Part shown: positions 24,093 through 31,511 of the stretch, one piece after another
How positions within the stretch are numbered: position 1 is the first letter of the stretch
Layout of the letters: every line of letters starts with the position of its first letter
Source: a virus
Length of the DNA: 37,564 nucleotides
Direction: 5' to 3' (one strand)
IMG/VR virus record: IMGVR_UViG_3300028031_000003
Location: 1-37,564 of that record
Notes under the pieces: model-generated
The model's input: the letters and a program-made list of their open reading frames with translations, nothing else
Databases searched by the model: none
Told to the model about the DNA's origin: nothing
Made by a program: the position numbers and the translations under genes

Positions 24093-24275
24093 CTATTTTA
24101 CACCTATTAGACTTTTCAATTTTTCATATATAGCCTTAGTCTTAGGCAATTTCATGGCCCTAGACCGAATTCCAGCCTTGTCATCAGGATGAACCATCAT
24201 AACCAGCCTAGATAGGCCGGCCTTTATTTTTTTGTCTTGTGAGCGCTTGTTTCGCTCGGTTTGAGAATCTGCCAT
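24093..24275 (-). CDS. Small RHH-like DNA-binding protein (putative regulator)
   Basis: MADSQTERNKRSQDKKIKAGLSRLVMMVHPDDKAGIRSRAMKL has a basic N-arm, a beta-strand (RLVMMV) and helices, as in Arc/CopG-like proteins. A GAGG RBS is present. Confidence 0.45.
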   Translation of the reverse strand: MADSQTERNKRSQDKKIKAGLSRLVMMVHPDDKAGIRSRAMKLPKTKAIYEKLKSLIGVK

Positions 24276-24399
24276 TTTGTACCTCTTTTACTTTAATTTT
24301 AAATTTTGTGACGCTTAATTTTATAGCCATAACATAAACAGAATTGCTGTTTTTACCGTGCGAAACTTCAATAGCATGTAAAAATGGCTGCTGAGATAC

Positions 24400-24576
24400 C
24401 TAAAAAAGACAAAATAATAAAACAGATATAACTGTTAATATTAAATAATAATCAAACCAACCACCGGTAACCGTCATATTGCAGCTCGGACATAAAAATA
24501 AGTCTGTTATAATGACAATCGAAAAAATCATTAAATTAACCCAAAATAACAGACTTATTAAAGTTTCAATATTCAT
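24400..24576 (-). CDS. Possible 58-aa two-TM membrane protein (below the ORF-track cutoff)
   Basis: MNIETLISLLFWVNLMIFSIVIITDLFLCPSCNMTVTGGWFDYYLILTVISVLLFCLF*. There is no SD sequence, and the AT-rich sequence could give this ORF by chance. Confidence 0.3.
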   Translation of the reverse strand: MNIETLISLLFWVNLMIFSIVIITDLFLCPSCNMTVTGGWFDYYLILTVISVLLFCLF

Positions 24577-24588
24577 ATTAAAAATAAA

Positions 24589-24810
24589 TTATTTAAAATA
24601 AAGATTATTTATGTCTGATTCAAATTTATCTAAGCCTGATGCTCCGCTAATTGCATTTGCGCAAGATAATGCATAGCGTTTTTCAGGCATTTCTACCACT
24701 TCTCCATCTTTTTGATAAACAACTGTGCTTGATTCTGTTTGTTTAACAAATAATTCAGTTTCTGAATCATCAATAATAATGTTGTTATTTGTGTTTATTT
24801 GTAAAGTCAT
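24589..24810 (-). CDS. Hypothetical early protein (73 aa), first gene after promoter repeat copy 2
   Basis: The ATG lies 8 nt after the ACAGGAAAA end of the repeated leader. Confidence 0.55.
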   Translation of the reverse strand: MTLQINTNNNIIIDDSETELFVKQTESSTVVYQKDGEVVEMPEKRYALSCANAISGASGLDKFESDINNLYFK

Positions 24811-24818
24811 AATATTTT

Positions 24819-24880
24819 CCTGTTTGTTGTTTTGTTTAACTTGTAATAATTATACGGCCGTAATGTTGTTACGTCAATAG
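24819..24880 (-). repeat. 62-bp exact repeat (promoter plus 5'UTR cassette), copy 2
   Basis: Identical to 22543..22604. Confidence 0.95.
24849..24877 (-). promoter_or_regulatory. Sigma-70-type promoter inside repeat copy 2 (TTGACG - 17 nt - TATAAT)
   Basis: Same sequence as 22573..22601. Confidence 0.7.
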
Positions 24881-24957
24881 TTTATTGGTCTTACAGACGA
24901 ACGGTAGGAATAAATTATTAGTCTTTTTGTTTTTTGTGTTATATTGCCCAGCATAAT

Positions 24958-25066
24958 GCCGGGTTAGCTTTAATCGGTAAAAGCGGTGCTTTGTAGCTGA
25001 AAAGATTTTTTAAAAATCCAGCGCTAAAGCTCATATGATCAGTTCGAATCTGGTCACCCGGTGCCA
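24958..25066 (+). tRNA. Atypical 109-nt tRNA-like gene with an extra 22-29 nt in the anticodon arm (reads as Tyr-GUA with a 37/38 insertion, or exposes a UUA loop)
   Basis: It has an acceptor GCCGGGT/ACCCGGT followed by G-CCA, a D arm GCTT-TAATCGGTAA-AAGC and a T arm ATCAG-TTCGAAT-CTGGT. The stem GTGCT/AGCGC encloses ttgtagctgaaaaGATTTTttaAAAATCc. Confidence 0.5.
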
Positions 25067-25127
25067 ATTTTAATACGAGAAATATAATGGAATAGCTGAT
25101 CAATTTGCTTTAGTCAAGGACATCAAT

Positions 25128-25202
25128 AGGCCAGTAGCTCAAAGGTAGACCAAGGCACTAATAATGCCTTGGTTGCTGGTTCAAATCCGGCTTGGCCTAC
25201 CA
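25128..25202 (+). tRNA. tRNA-Ile-like with anticodon AAU (A34), CCA encoded
   Basis: AGGCCAG-TA-GCTC-AAAGGTA-GACC-A-AGGCA-CTAATAA-TGCCT-TGGTT-GCTGG-TTCAAAT-CCGGC-TTGGCCT-A-CCA. The acceptor, discriminator and T arm resemble bacterial tRNA-Ile(GAU). Confidence 0.75.
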
Positions 25203-25206
25203 GTTT

Positions 25207-25282
25207 GAGAGTTTAGTGTAGCGTTATTACACTGGTCTTCAAGACCAGAGAAAGTCGGGTTCAATTCCCGCTGATCTCACCA
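25207..25282 (+). tRNA. tRNA-like gene with anticodon UCA (opal-suppressor / Trp-UCA type); imperfect acceptor and D stems
   Basis: The anticodon arm CTGGT-CTTCAAG-ACCAG has U33 and A37 and resembles the tRNA-Trp arm. The T arm is (T)CGGG-TTCAATT-CCCG(C) and the 3' end is ...TGATCTC-A-CCA. Acceptor pairs 5 and 7 mismatch. Confidence 0.5.
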
Positions 25283-25326
25283 TTTTTATCCATAATCCTT
25301 TGGATTTTATTAGCTTGATGGACATT

Positions 25327-25728
25327 TTATTCTCCTGCTAATTTCTTAGCTTTTTTTAAAACTTTAATTAATTTATCAAAATCAGACCAATCGCAGGCCT
25401 TTATCTGGTTAATGTATATTCGGTTTTTATCCCAGTGCAGCATACTCTTTTTATTTTGATCAGAATAAGCAAATGAGTCATTTTTTCCGAAAACAAAGCC
25501 GCTGGCTAAAATCCGGTTTTTATCTTTCTTTTTTTCCTGAGAAGGGAACCACTCAAGCTTTATCTTTTTGTTGCTACCTTTTATTAATCGATGAATAAGC
25601 TTTGGCCCTGCATGAGCAGTTCCGTTGAAAACATTAGATAGACTCCCTCGTGAGGAGCCTATCTTTTTGGCAAACTCTGTTTTTTTATTGCTGGTGAGAG
25701 TGCACCAATACGCTTGTAATTTTGTCAT
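25327..25728 (-). CDS. HTH DNA-binding regulator (Cro/YdaS-like N-domain plus C-terminal domain); putative repressor
   Basis: KTEFAKKIGSSRGSLSNVFNGTAHAGPKLIHRLIKGSNKKIKLEWF is a helix-turn-helix pattern. It is the first gene of the minus-strand arm at the divergent control region. Confidence 0.6.
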   Translation of the reverse strand: MTKLQAYWCTLTSNKKTEFAKKIGSSRGSLSNVFNGTAHAGPKLIHRLIKGSNKKIKLEWFPSQEKKKDKNRILASGFVFGKNDSFAYSDQNKKSMLHWDKNRIYINQIKACDWSDFDKLIKVLKKAKKLAGE

Positions 25729-25734
25729 GCATTT

Positions 25735-25762
25735 ATTGTATATAATGAGAAAAATAAGTCAA
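25735..25762 (-). promoter_or_regulatory. Putative promoter for the regulator gene (TTGACT - 16 nt - TACAAT), only 6 nt from the ATG
   Basis: The reverse complement reads TTGACTtatttttctcattataTACAATaaatgcATG. Confidence 0.5.
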
Positions 25763-25795
25763 CTATTTTAGTGTTATACATTTACCTTAATTGTG

Positions 25796-25824
25796 TTGAC
25801 ATATTAAAATAGTAGGTCTATTAT
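25796..25824 (+). promoter_or_regulatory. Putative rightward promoter (TTGACA - 17 nt - TATTAT), 7 nt from ATG 25832
   Basis: TTGACAtattaaaatagtaggtcTATTATtcttgacATG. Confidence 0.6.
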
Positions 25825-25831
25825 TCTTGAC

Positions 25832-26128
25832 ATGTTAAAAAAACAACGGACAAATACTATGCAAACAACTTACCCGCATTCGTTAAGCGAGCTGCCCAGA
25901 AGCTGCCTAACGGAGGAGCTTCCTAAGTCGAATCAGGAAAAAGTAAAAGAGTGGGCTGAAAAATTCCAAGCAAAAACCGGTATTGGTGTAAACATAAAGT
26001 GCTCATGCTACATGTGTGAGAAAGACATGTATATGAGCTACGCCAACAGCCGTAGGATAGACCATAAGCCTACTTGCTCAGATAGTTGTAGAGTTGACTC
26101 GAATGCTCTTAAAGTGTGGCTGCTGTGA
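25832..26128 (+). CDS. Hypothetical Cys-containing protein, first gene of the plus-strand arm
   Basis: 98-aa ORF. An alternative ATG exists at 25859. Confidence 0.5.
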   Translation: MLKKQRTNTMQTTYPHSLSELPRSCLTEELPKSNQEKVKEWAEKFQAKTGIGVNIKCSCYMCEKDMYMSYANSRRIDHKPTCSDSCRVDSNALKVWLL

Positions 26129-26367
26129 GTATATACAGTGGTATATTTTACGGGACTATTGGCGAAGATTTGCCAGTCGAGGTTGAGTATGAGATAAGCG
26201 GAAAACATTACCCCGCAACTCTTAACTCGCCAGAAGAGTTCCCAGATGTAGAAATAAAATACGTAAAATCAAACGACAATAATATACTTGAATGTTTGAA
26301 TAACAGTGCTCTCATCATTTTGATAGCTGAAATAGATCAAGAATTACAGGGGCGTGGATATGAGTGA
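26116..26367 (+). CDS. Hypothetical protein
   Basis: The ORF has a GTG start at 26116, or at 26125 where it overlaps the upstream TGA. Confidence 0.45.
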   Translation: MAAVSIYSGIFYGTIGEDLPVEVEYEISGKHYPATLNSPEEFPDVEIKYVKSNDNNILECLNNSALIILIAEIDQELQGRGYE

Positions 26368-27115
26368 GCAAGAAAAATCTGAAATTATTTGCGCTGCAAG
26401 AGACAATGATTTGCAGGTGATAACACAAAGCCAGCCGGACAGATTGCTAGAAATAGCAATAGAAAAAGGAGCCGATTTAGAGCAGCTAGACAAGCTGTTA
26501 CAGCTAAAGGAGAGATTTGATAACGAGATTTCCAGAAAGTCTTTCACAGCGGCTCTCTCAGCATTCAAATCTGAGGATATATGCATCAAGAAGGATAAGA
26601 CCGTGGTAATTGATAAAAATGATGGAGGACAGTATAGTTACAACCATGCCTCATTGGGTAATGTGGTAGCTTTATCTGTAAAGCTAATGTCAAAACATGG
26701 CCTGTCGCATCGTTGGGAAATAAAACAAGGTGATGCTAGGGTGAAAGTGACTTGCATACTAACTCACAAAGATGGTCACTCGGAGGAAACAACTTTAGAG
26801 GCTAGTCCTGATTCATCTGGTAGCAAAAACGGTATACAGCAAGTCTCATCCACAATAACTTATCTGCAAAGATACACTTTTTTATCGATAACAGGGCTTG
26901 CCGTAGAGGAAATGGATGATGATGGAACTGTTTTTCAAGATCAGAATAAAAAACAAGTAAAAAAACAAAAGCTGGAGGTAAATACAAGAAACTGGGAAAA
27001 TGCTAAAAAAGCTTACATCAGAGACGGAAATCTTGATAGAGTAAAAATGTCTGTTGATGTTTCTCACGAGCTTGAGCTAGCGCTGATCTCGGAGTGTGAA
27101 AATGCAGTATCTTGA
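26360..27115 (+). CDS. erf: ERF-family single-strand annealing protein
   Basis: YSYNHASLGNVVALSVKLMSKHGLSHRWEI...VTCILTHKDGHSEETTLEASPD...QQVSSTITYLQRYTFLSITGLAVEEMDDDG fits the ERF core pattern, including the terminal DDDG. Confidence 0.65.
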   Translation: MSEQEKSEIICAARDNDLQVITQSQPDRLLEIAIEKGADLEQLDKLLQLKERFDNEISRKSFTAALSAFKSEDICIKKDKTVVIDKNDGGQYSYNHASLGNVVALSVKLMSKHGLSHRWEIKQGDARVKVTCILTHKDGHSEETTLEASPDSSGSKNGIQQVSSTITYLQRYTFLSITGLAVEEMDDDGTVFQDQNKKQVKKQKLEVNTRNWENAKKAYIRDGNLDRVKMSVDVSHELELALISECENAVS

Positions 27116-27860
27116 TATTGAGCAAAATTCTGATGAATGGTTTAGCGCGAGATTGGGAAAGCTAACTGGTTCTTCCGTTTCTAAGATAATGGCTAAGCCT
27201 AGCGAGTACTTGGTATTTAAATATGGTGATGATGCTTATAAAATAGGAAATCTTAAGACAAAAAAAATACTAAAAAAAGAATATACCTGCCCTTTAGAAG
27301 CTAATAACGCGATGGTAAAAATGCAATCTAAAATATCATCAAAATTCTCTCAGCCAGCAATAGACTTGGCTATAAAGATAGCTTTGGAGAAAATTACGGG
27401 AAAGCTGAGTGAGAATGACAGTATTACCAGTCGTCACATGGATAGAGGCCATATTCAAGAGTGCGAAGTAATTAGAATTTATGAAAATCAGGAATTTGTC
27501 GAGGTGACAAACGGCGGTTTTTTTGACTGCGGGAGAACCGGTTTTTCGCCCGATGGTTTAGTTTATGATTGCGGGCTTATTGAGGTGAAATCTGTGATTT
27601 CATCAGTTCAATACAAAAACATTAAACGTACTGGGATAGACCCAGCTTATAAGTGGCAAATTTTAGATAATTTAATGCAGTCTAAGCGTGATTGGATAGA
27701 CTCAATCAGTTACTGTGCCGATTACCCGGAAGGAAAAAAACTGCACATCGTTAGAGTAAAAAAAGAAGACTGCTTAGACGATTTTTATTTAATTAATGAG
27801 AGAAAAAACAAGTTTTTTATTTTAATAGAAGAAATAAAGATTAATATAATGAAAGGATAG
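27096..27860 (+). CDS. YqaJ-like (lambda Exo-type, PD-(D/E)XK) recombination exonuclease
   Basis: The N-terminus is EQNSDEWFSARLGKLTGSSVSKIM, and the catalytic-type segment is GFSPDGLVYDCGLIEVKSV. Confidence 0.75.
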   Translation: MKMQYLDIEQNSDEWFSARLGKLTGSSVSKIMAKPSEYLVFKYGDDAYKIGNLKTKKILKKEYTCPLEANNAMVKMQSKISSKFSQPAIDLAIKIALEKITGKLSENDSITSRHMDRGHIQECEVIRIYENQEFVEVTNGGFFDCGRTGFSPDGLVYDCGLIEVKSVISSVQYKNIKRTGIDPAYKWQILDNLMQSKRDWIDSISYCADYPEGKKLHIVRVKKEDCLDDFYLINERKNKFFILIEEIKINIMKG

Positions 27861-27863
27861 AAA

Positions 27864-28925
27864 ATGGGCGCAAAAATTGTAGAAAAAAATGAAATACGAA
27901 TGATTGATTATGGGAATGACGATAAACAATTAACTGAAATTGCGCTTTTCGCTTTGGAGGAAAAATATCAAAAAGTTCCTGATGCCGGAACGAAAAAAGG
28001 ATATTCTGAAATAAAGATCGGCTTAAAGGAAATGCGCGGAATTTTAAAAAAATTAGAAGAAAAGCGGAAGGAAAAAAAGAAATCAGTTTTAATTCAAGGA
28101 AGGCTTATTGATTCTGAGGCAAAGAAAATAGAGGAATTTATTCTTAAAGTTGAGTTGCCTTATAAAATAGAAAAAGAAAAAGAAGATATAAAAATAGAAC
28201 ATTTGGCTCAGGCCGCTGAGGAAGAAGAGGCTAATCGTGTTTTAGCTCTTGAGAGCAAGCTAAAAGCTATCGTCGATTTTAAGGAGGGGCTTTTAGGCAA
28301 AGACCTCGATTATTTGAAAGATAGGCTACATCAAGCTAATAATATTGTCGTGAATAACATTGAATTCGAGCATTTGATTGATGATGCAAGAAAAGAAATT
28401 GAAATTTCATTAGAAACTTTGCATCTAGCAATCTCAGAGCGGCAGGAGTTTGAAGATCAGCAAGAAATACAGAAAAAAGCCCAAAAAGAAATGGATGAAA
28501 GGCAGGCTGAGCTTGATAAAAAACAGGCTATAATTGACAAAAAAGAGGCTGAGGAAAAGCAAAAAATAAGGGATTTGCAGATAGAAAAGGAAGCTCAGGA
28601 TAGAGCAAAAAAAGCTTCGGAAATGGAAGCTATCAGAGTTAAGCAAGAAACTGATGATAGGGAGGCACAGCTAAAGGAGGAGGCTGAACAGGCAAAGCGT
28701 GATTTAATTGAGGCTGAGGCGCGTATAAAGCGCGAGGCAGAGCAGGAAAAACAGCGCTTAATCGACGAGGCTGAGGCCCGGGAGAGAAATAAAAAACATA
28801 AGGTCAGAATAAATAACAAAGCTGTAGAATGCTTGGTCAAAAATGGCCTAAGCGAAACAGTAGCAAAAAAAGCTGTGACAATCATTGCAAAAAAACTAGT
28901 TGATAACGTAACAATCAGCTACTAA
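27864..28925 (+). CDS. Long Lys/Glu-rich coiled-coil protein (DUF1351-like position next to the recombinase)
   Basis: 353 aa with internal EAE/AEQ heptad-like repeats and an AAAGGA RBS. Confidence 0.55.
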   Translation: MGAKIVEKNEIRMIDYGNDDKQLTEIALFALEEKYQKVPDAGTKKGYSEIKIGLKEMRGILKKLEEKRKEKKKSVLIQGRLIDSEAKKIEEFILKVELPYKIEKEKEDIKIEHLAQAAEEEEANRVLALESKLKAIVDFKEGLLGKDLDYLKDRLHQANNIVVNNIEFEHLIDDARKEIEISLETLHLAISERQEFEDQQEIQKKAQKEMDERQAELDKKQAIIDKKEAEEKQKIRDLQIEKEAQDRAKKASEMEAIRVKQETDDREAQLKEEAEQAKRDLIEAEARIKREAEQEKQRLIDEAEARERNKKHKVRINNKAVECLVKNGLSETVAKKAVTIIAKKLVDNVTISY

Positions 28926-28954
28926 CCGAGTAACCGTCCAAGACGGACACTATT

Positions 28955-28983
28955 CCGCTGCCCAAGGACGGTGGCGGCTTTTT
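28955..28983 (+). terminator. Rho-independent terminator
   Basis: CCGCTGCC-caaggac-GGTGGCGG (two G-U pairs) is followed by CTTTTT. Confidence 0.6.
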
Positions 28984-29004
28984 AACTTAAAATGTGAGAT
29001 TATA

Positions 29005-29184
29005 ATGAAAGAAAATATATTATTAACTGTAGGGTTATTTATTATTTCGTCCTATTTTGTAAATGCGTATAAATTGGTAAATTGTGATTTTGAGTCACCG
29101 TATAGGTGCGAGGCCATTCATGGCATTGGTCTTTTTCCAGTTTTTTCCCTAGTAACTGTATTTTTTGAGAGCGACGATGAGTGA
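29005..29184 (+). CDS. Small two-TM membrane protein (59 aa, below the ORF-track cutoff)
   Basis: MKENILLTVGLFIISSYFVNAYKLVNCDFESPYRCEAIHGIGLFPVFSLVTVFFESDDE*. Confidence 0.4.
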   Translation: MKENILLTVGLFIISSYFVNAYKLVNCDFESPYRCEAIHGIGLFPVFSLVTVFFESDDE

Positions 29185-29344
29185 TAATTATATAGTTATT
29201 CATGCTGGTTCTATCTCAACCTTTCAGGCTGAGGTAAATTCAAAAATAAAAGATGGTTACAGTGTTTCCGGTGGAGTTTTCGTTATTCGCTTAATGGACT
29301 CATATAACTGTGATTATTTTCAGGCTATGATAAAAAAAGCCTGA
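29177..29344 (+). CDS. DUF1737-like small protein (55 aa)
   Basis: MSDNYIVIHAGSISTFQAEVNSKIKDGYSVSGGVFVIRLMDSYNCDYFQAMIKKA* shows the Y-x-V...VN-x-x-I-x-x-G(W/Y)-x-x-x-GG...Y-x-QAM pattern. Confidence 0.5.
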   Translation: MSDNYIVIHAGSISTFQAEVNSKIKDGYSVSGGVFVIRLMDSYNCDYFQAMIKKA

Positions 29345-29391
29345 ATTTCCTGATATTTCATATATCAAGGTGGGATTTAAGTCGGTGCAAG

Positions 29392-29703
29392 ATGATTAAA
29401 ATTAAAAAAATAACTAAACTCAAAGTTAATTCTGTTCAATTTAAGGTTATTTGGGATAAATCTAAACGAGGAGCTAGCTTCGATTACGGTAAAAAAACGA
29501 TAGAGATAGGCTGCAACAAGCTTGATGATTCTGAAATATTTGAGCTAATTTGCCATGAGATAATGGAGGTTGTGGCGTGCGAACTTTATGTTAGATTTAA
29601 TAGGTTGGATGTGGCCGATGACTATATATTTGTTTATGATCACAGGCAGCACACTACCATTATGGCCATGTTTTCGGGGCTGGTTAGCCAATTTATAGCC
29701 TAA
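29392..29703 (+). CDS. Hypothetical protein
   Basis: 103-aa ORF containing CHEIMEV. Confidence 0.5.
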   Translation: MIKIKKITKLKVNSVQFKVIWDKSKRGASFDYGKKTIEIGCNKLDDSEIFELICHEIMEVVACELYVRFNRLDVADDYIFVYDHRQHTTIMAMFSGLVSQFIA

Positions 29704-29758
29704 TGTGCTATACTACCCATAACTAGGCCTGTGGCCGTTATTACCTTGTGGGGCATGT

Positions 29759-30196
29759 ATGGCAGCCGGAGCGCCGACAAAATATAAACAAGAGTTTGCT
29801 GAACAAGCTCAGAAATTGTGCGAATTGGGAGCAACTGATATGCAGCTCGCCGATTTTTTTAAAGTGGTAATATCCACTATATATCTTTGGAAGATAACAC
29901 ATCAAGAATTTTCAGACGCCCTAAAACTTGGCAAAGAAAAGCCTAATAATAACGTTGTGAGGTCGCTTTATAACAGAGCAATGGGTTATTCGCATGAAGA
30001 TGTGGATATAAGGGTAATAGATAACCAAATTATTAAAACGCCAATAATAAAGCATTACCCTCCTGATTCAACATCAATAATATTTTTCTTAAAAAATAGG
30101 CTGCCAGAAGAATTTAGGCAAAATCCTAACGCTGAAACAGGTGATAATGACCTAGCGGAGGCGCTTCTACTACTGGCTAAGCAGCTACCAAAGTGA
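29759..30196 (+). CDS. terS: Terminase small subunit
   Basis: GAPTKYKQEFAEQAQKLCELGATDMQLADFF...IYLWKITHQEFSDALKLGKE...VVRSLYNRAMGY...PPDSTSIIFFLKNRLPEEFR is the typical HTH-type small terminase pattern. Confidence 0.8.
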   Translation: MAAGAPTKYKQEFAEQAQKLCELGATDMQLADFFKVVISTIYLWKITHQEFSDALKLGKEKPNNNVVRSLYNRAMGYSHEDVDIRVIDNQIIKTPIIKHYPPDSTSIIFFLKNRLPEEFRQNPNAETGDNDLAEALLLLAKQLPK

Positions 30197-31509
30197 ATCC
30201 TAAGCTTAAGCGCGAAGTTGAGCGATGGTACCCGCTCAAGCCTCACAAAGTTCAACTAGAGTTAGTCGATGCTATAAAAAATGGTGTTAGATTTCCTCTA
30301 GTTCCCGCTGGCCGCCGGTCTGGAAAGACTGAGCGATTTAAGCGATTTCTCTCAAAGGAGGCCATTGAAAATCAAAACGAAATATACTTTGCCGGGGCAC
30401 CAACATATGCGCAAGCTAAAAAGATATTCTGGAACGACCTAAAGTTATTAACTTTCAGCTCGACTCACATTAAAAAACCATCCGAATCTGAACTAATTAT
30501 ATTTATCCCAAACGGGACGCAAATCCATGTGCTTGGGCTTGATAAGCCCGAGAGAATAGAAGGTGTTAACTGGACTGGCGGTGGAATTGATGAAATTGCC
30601 GATATAAAATCAAAAGCTGTAAATGAAAACATTCTGCCGGCCCTAGACACAGAAGACCCAACAAGGCCGGGTAAATTGGCATGGTGCTGGTTTTTGGGGG
30701 TGCCTGACGGATTGAACCATTATTATGATATGTGTTGCAAAGCTGACTCCGGCGTCTCCCCGGATAGCAAAGTTTTCCACTGGAAATCTTCGGAAATTCT
30801 ATCGAAGGAAGTCATCGATGCTGCTAAAGCTAGGTTGAGTACACGTCAATATTTGCAAGAATACGAGGCTAGCTTTGAGACTGCCTCGGGCAGGATTTAC
30901 GAGGATTATTCAAAGGGCAACCATACTGATAGGAAAATACAGCCGCATGAGCGGCTAATTTGGATGCATGACCAGAATTACACACCTCTGAGCAGCGCTA
31001 TAGGCTTGATAGAAGGTGATAATATTTACCTTCTTGATGAGATAGTGCTCACATCAGCAATCAGCAAGCAATCAGCAATGGAATTTGTTAATCGCTATGA
31101 AGATCATGAAAACAAAAATGTAATCATATACGGTGACCCAGCCGGTAGTGCCGGTGAAAAACATGCTCATGCGTCTGATTATACGGACATTGAGGACGTG
31201 CTTAGAAGTAATGGCTGGGAATTTACTAGAAAGGTCAAGAAAAAGCATCCAGCTATAAAAGATCGTCAAAATTCAGTTAGAGCAAAAATAAAGACGGCAG
31301 ACGGAAATATCAGTCTGTTCGTTAATCCGGTTTTAGCTAGCTGGTGCGACAAGGGTCTATCAACCGTAGAATTACAAGAAGGCTCCACCTTCCAAGAAGA
31401 CCAAAAAAACCAATATCAGCACATTACCACGGCTATTGGCTATATGGTAGACTACGAATTTCCAAGTCAAGAAATTAAAGTTAAGCTTAACGTTAAATTT
31501 GCGAGATAA
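30193..31509 (+). CDS. terL: Terminase large subunit
   Basis: 438 aa with the Walker A-like PAGRRSGKTE. The GTG start overlaps the terS stop (GTGA), and the portal gene is downstream. Confidence 0.85.
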   Translation: MNPKLKREVERWYPLKPHKVQLELVDAIKNGVRFPLVPAGRRSGKTERFKRFLSKEAIENQNEIYFAGAPTYAQAKKIFWNDLKLLTFSSTHIKKPSESELIIFIPNGTQIHVLGLDKPERIEGVNWTGGGIDEIADIKSKAVNENILPALDTEDPTRPGKLAWCWFLGVPDGLNHYYDMCCKADSGVSPDSKVFHWKSSEILSKEVIDAAKARLSTRQYLQEYEASFETASGRIYEDYSKGNHTDRKIQPHERLIWMHDQNYTPLSSAIGLIEGDNIYLLDEIVLTSAISKQSAMEFVNRYEDHENKNVIIYGDPAGSAGEKHAHASDYTDIEDVLRSNGWEFTRKVKKKHPAIKDRQNSVRAKIKTADGNISLFVNPVLASWCDKGLSTVELQEGSTFQEDQKNQYQHITTAIGYMVDYEFPSQEIKVKLNVKFAR

Positions 31510-31511
31510 TC

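Noticed and set aside
27858-27866. The exonuclease (27096..27860) and the coiled-coil gene (27864..28925) are in the same frame, separated by a single TAG. I considered stop read-through or a split gene.
   Set aside because: The downstream gene has its own AAAGGA RBS and ATG, no CUA-anticodon tRNA is present, and being in the same frame has a one-in-three chance.
28434-28885. Minus-strand ORFs 28434..28646 and 28595..28885, antisense to the coiled-coil gene.
   Set aside because: They are low-complexity antisense readings of the GAA/AAG-rich coding sequence (poly-F/L/S).
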